Positions 63,757-64,000 of a stretch of DNA of 64,000 bases are shown piece by piece. A model generated the notes under the pieces. The model did not search any database. It was given only the letters and a program-made list of their open reading frames with translations, and had not been told where the DNA came from. A program made the position numbers and the translations under genes. The stretch comes from an uncultured Gemmatimonadales bacterium (GTDB lineage Bacteria > Gemmatimonadota > Gemmatimonadetes > Longimicrobiales > RSA9): the NCBI GenBank assembly GCA_963798085.1, contig CAWCRS010000007.1:1120001-1184000 (forward strand), in the 5' to 3' direction. Each line of letters begins with the position of its first letter. Within the stretch, counting starts at the first letter, position 1.

Positions 63757-64000
63757 TCAGGCACCCGTCGGCTCAGCATAGATCTCCGGGTCCGGCATGG
63801 CGGAGCGAGCGCCGCGAATCGGTCGCGTGCCGGCGCGCGAAATCAGCACGGCGCCGAAGCCGATGCTGATTGCGGCCCAGGTCGTCACGGCACCGAGTGC
63901 CACCAGGATACCGTAGAGGAAACCCAGCCACGGTCCCGCCATGCGCACCACGTTCATGATGATGAACGGTGCCATCAGCAGCCCCAGGCCGGTCATGAGG
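63757..64000 (-). CDS. Membrane protein, C-terminal fragment (5' end outside the window)
   Basis: Hydrophobic helices ending GFGAVLISRAG; stop codon just upstream of the next gene. Confidence 0.6.
   Translation of the reverse strand, partial: LMTGLGLLMAPFIIMNVVRMAGPWLGFLYGILVALGAVTTWAAISIGFGAVLISRAGTRPIRGARSAMPDPEIYAEPTGA

Overview
High-GC bacterial chromosomal segment. The gene content suggests Gemmatimonadota or a similar diderm soil lineage (inference only). It is mostly core and metabolic genes: phoH-7TM/HD-ybeY; a B12 acyl-CoA mutase (isobutyryl-CoA-mutase-type residues) with meaB, a carboxyltransferase and atuA; recQ; rng-rplU-rpmA; a crotonase/thiolase catabolic operon; nfeD-floA; tRNA-Leu(CAA); lepA-GT9-ROK-PfkB-HATPase-STAS/wHTH; GMPP-PMM; penicillin acylase; ypdA; pruA; nifU-mrp-DUF62. 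Many conserved genes carry single-base frameshifts, most likely uncorrected long-read errors. Highlights: (1) A ~4.2 kb IS1-like cargo transposon (23782-27953; 12-bp TIRs, 7-bp target duplication) sits between rng and rplU. It carries a cargo gene split by an IS3 element with a 10-bp duplication, a perfect 34-bp palindrome, and a tRNA 5' half fused at its anticodon loop to the truncated transposase. (2) A 6S-RNA-like gene with its own promoter and terminator lies at ~39926-40114 (-). (3) Nested REP/MITE-like inverted repeats bracket atuA. (4) A putative sigma-less partner-switching module (STAS-HATPase plus STAS-wHTH) is coupled to two sugar kinases. No CRISPR array or rRNA was seen.
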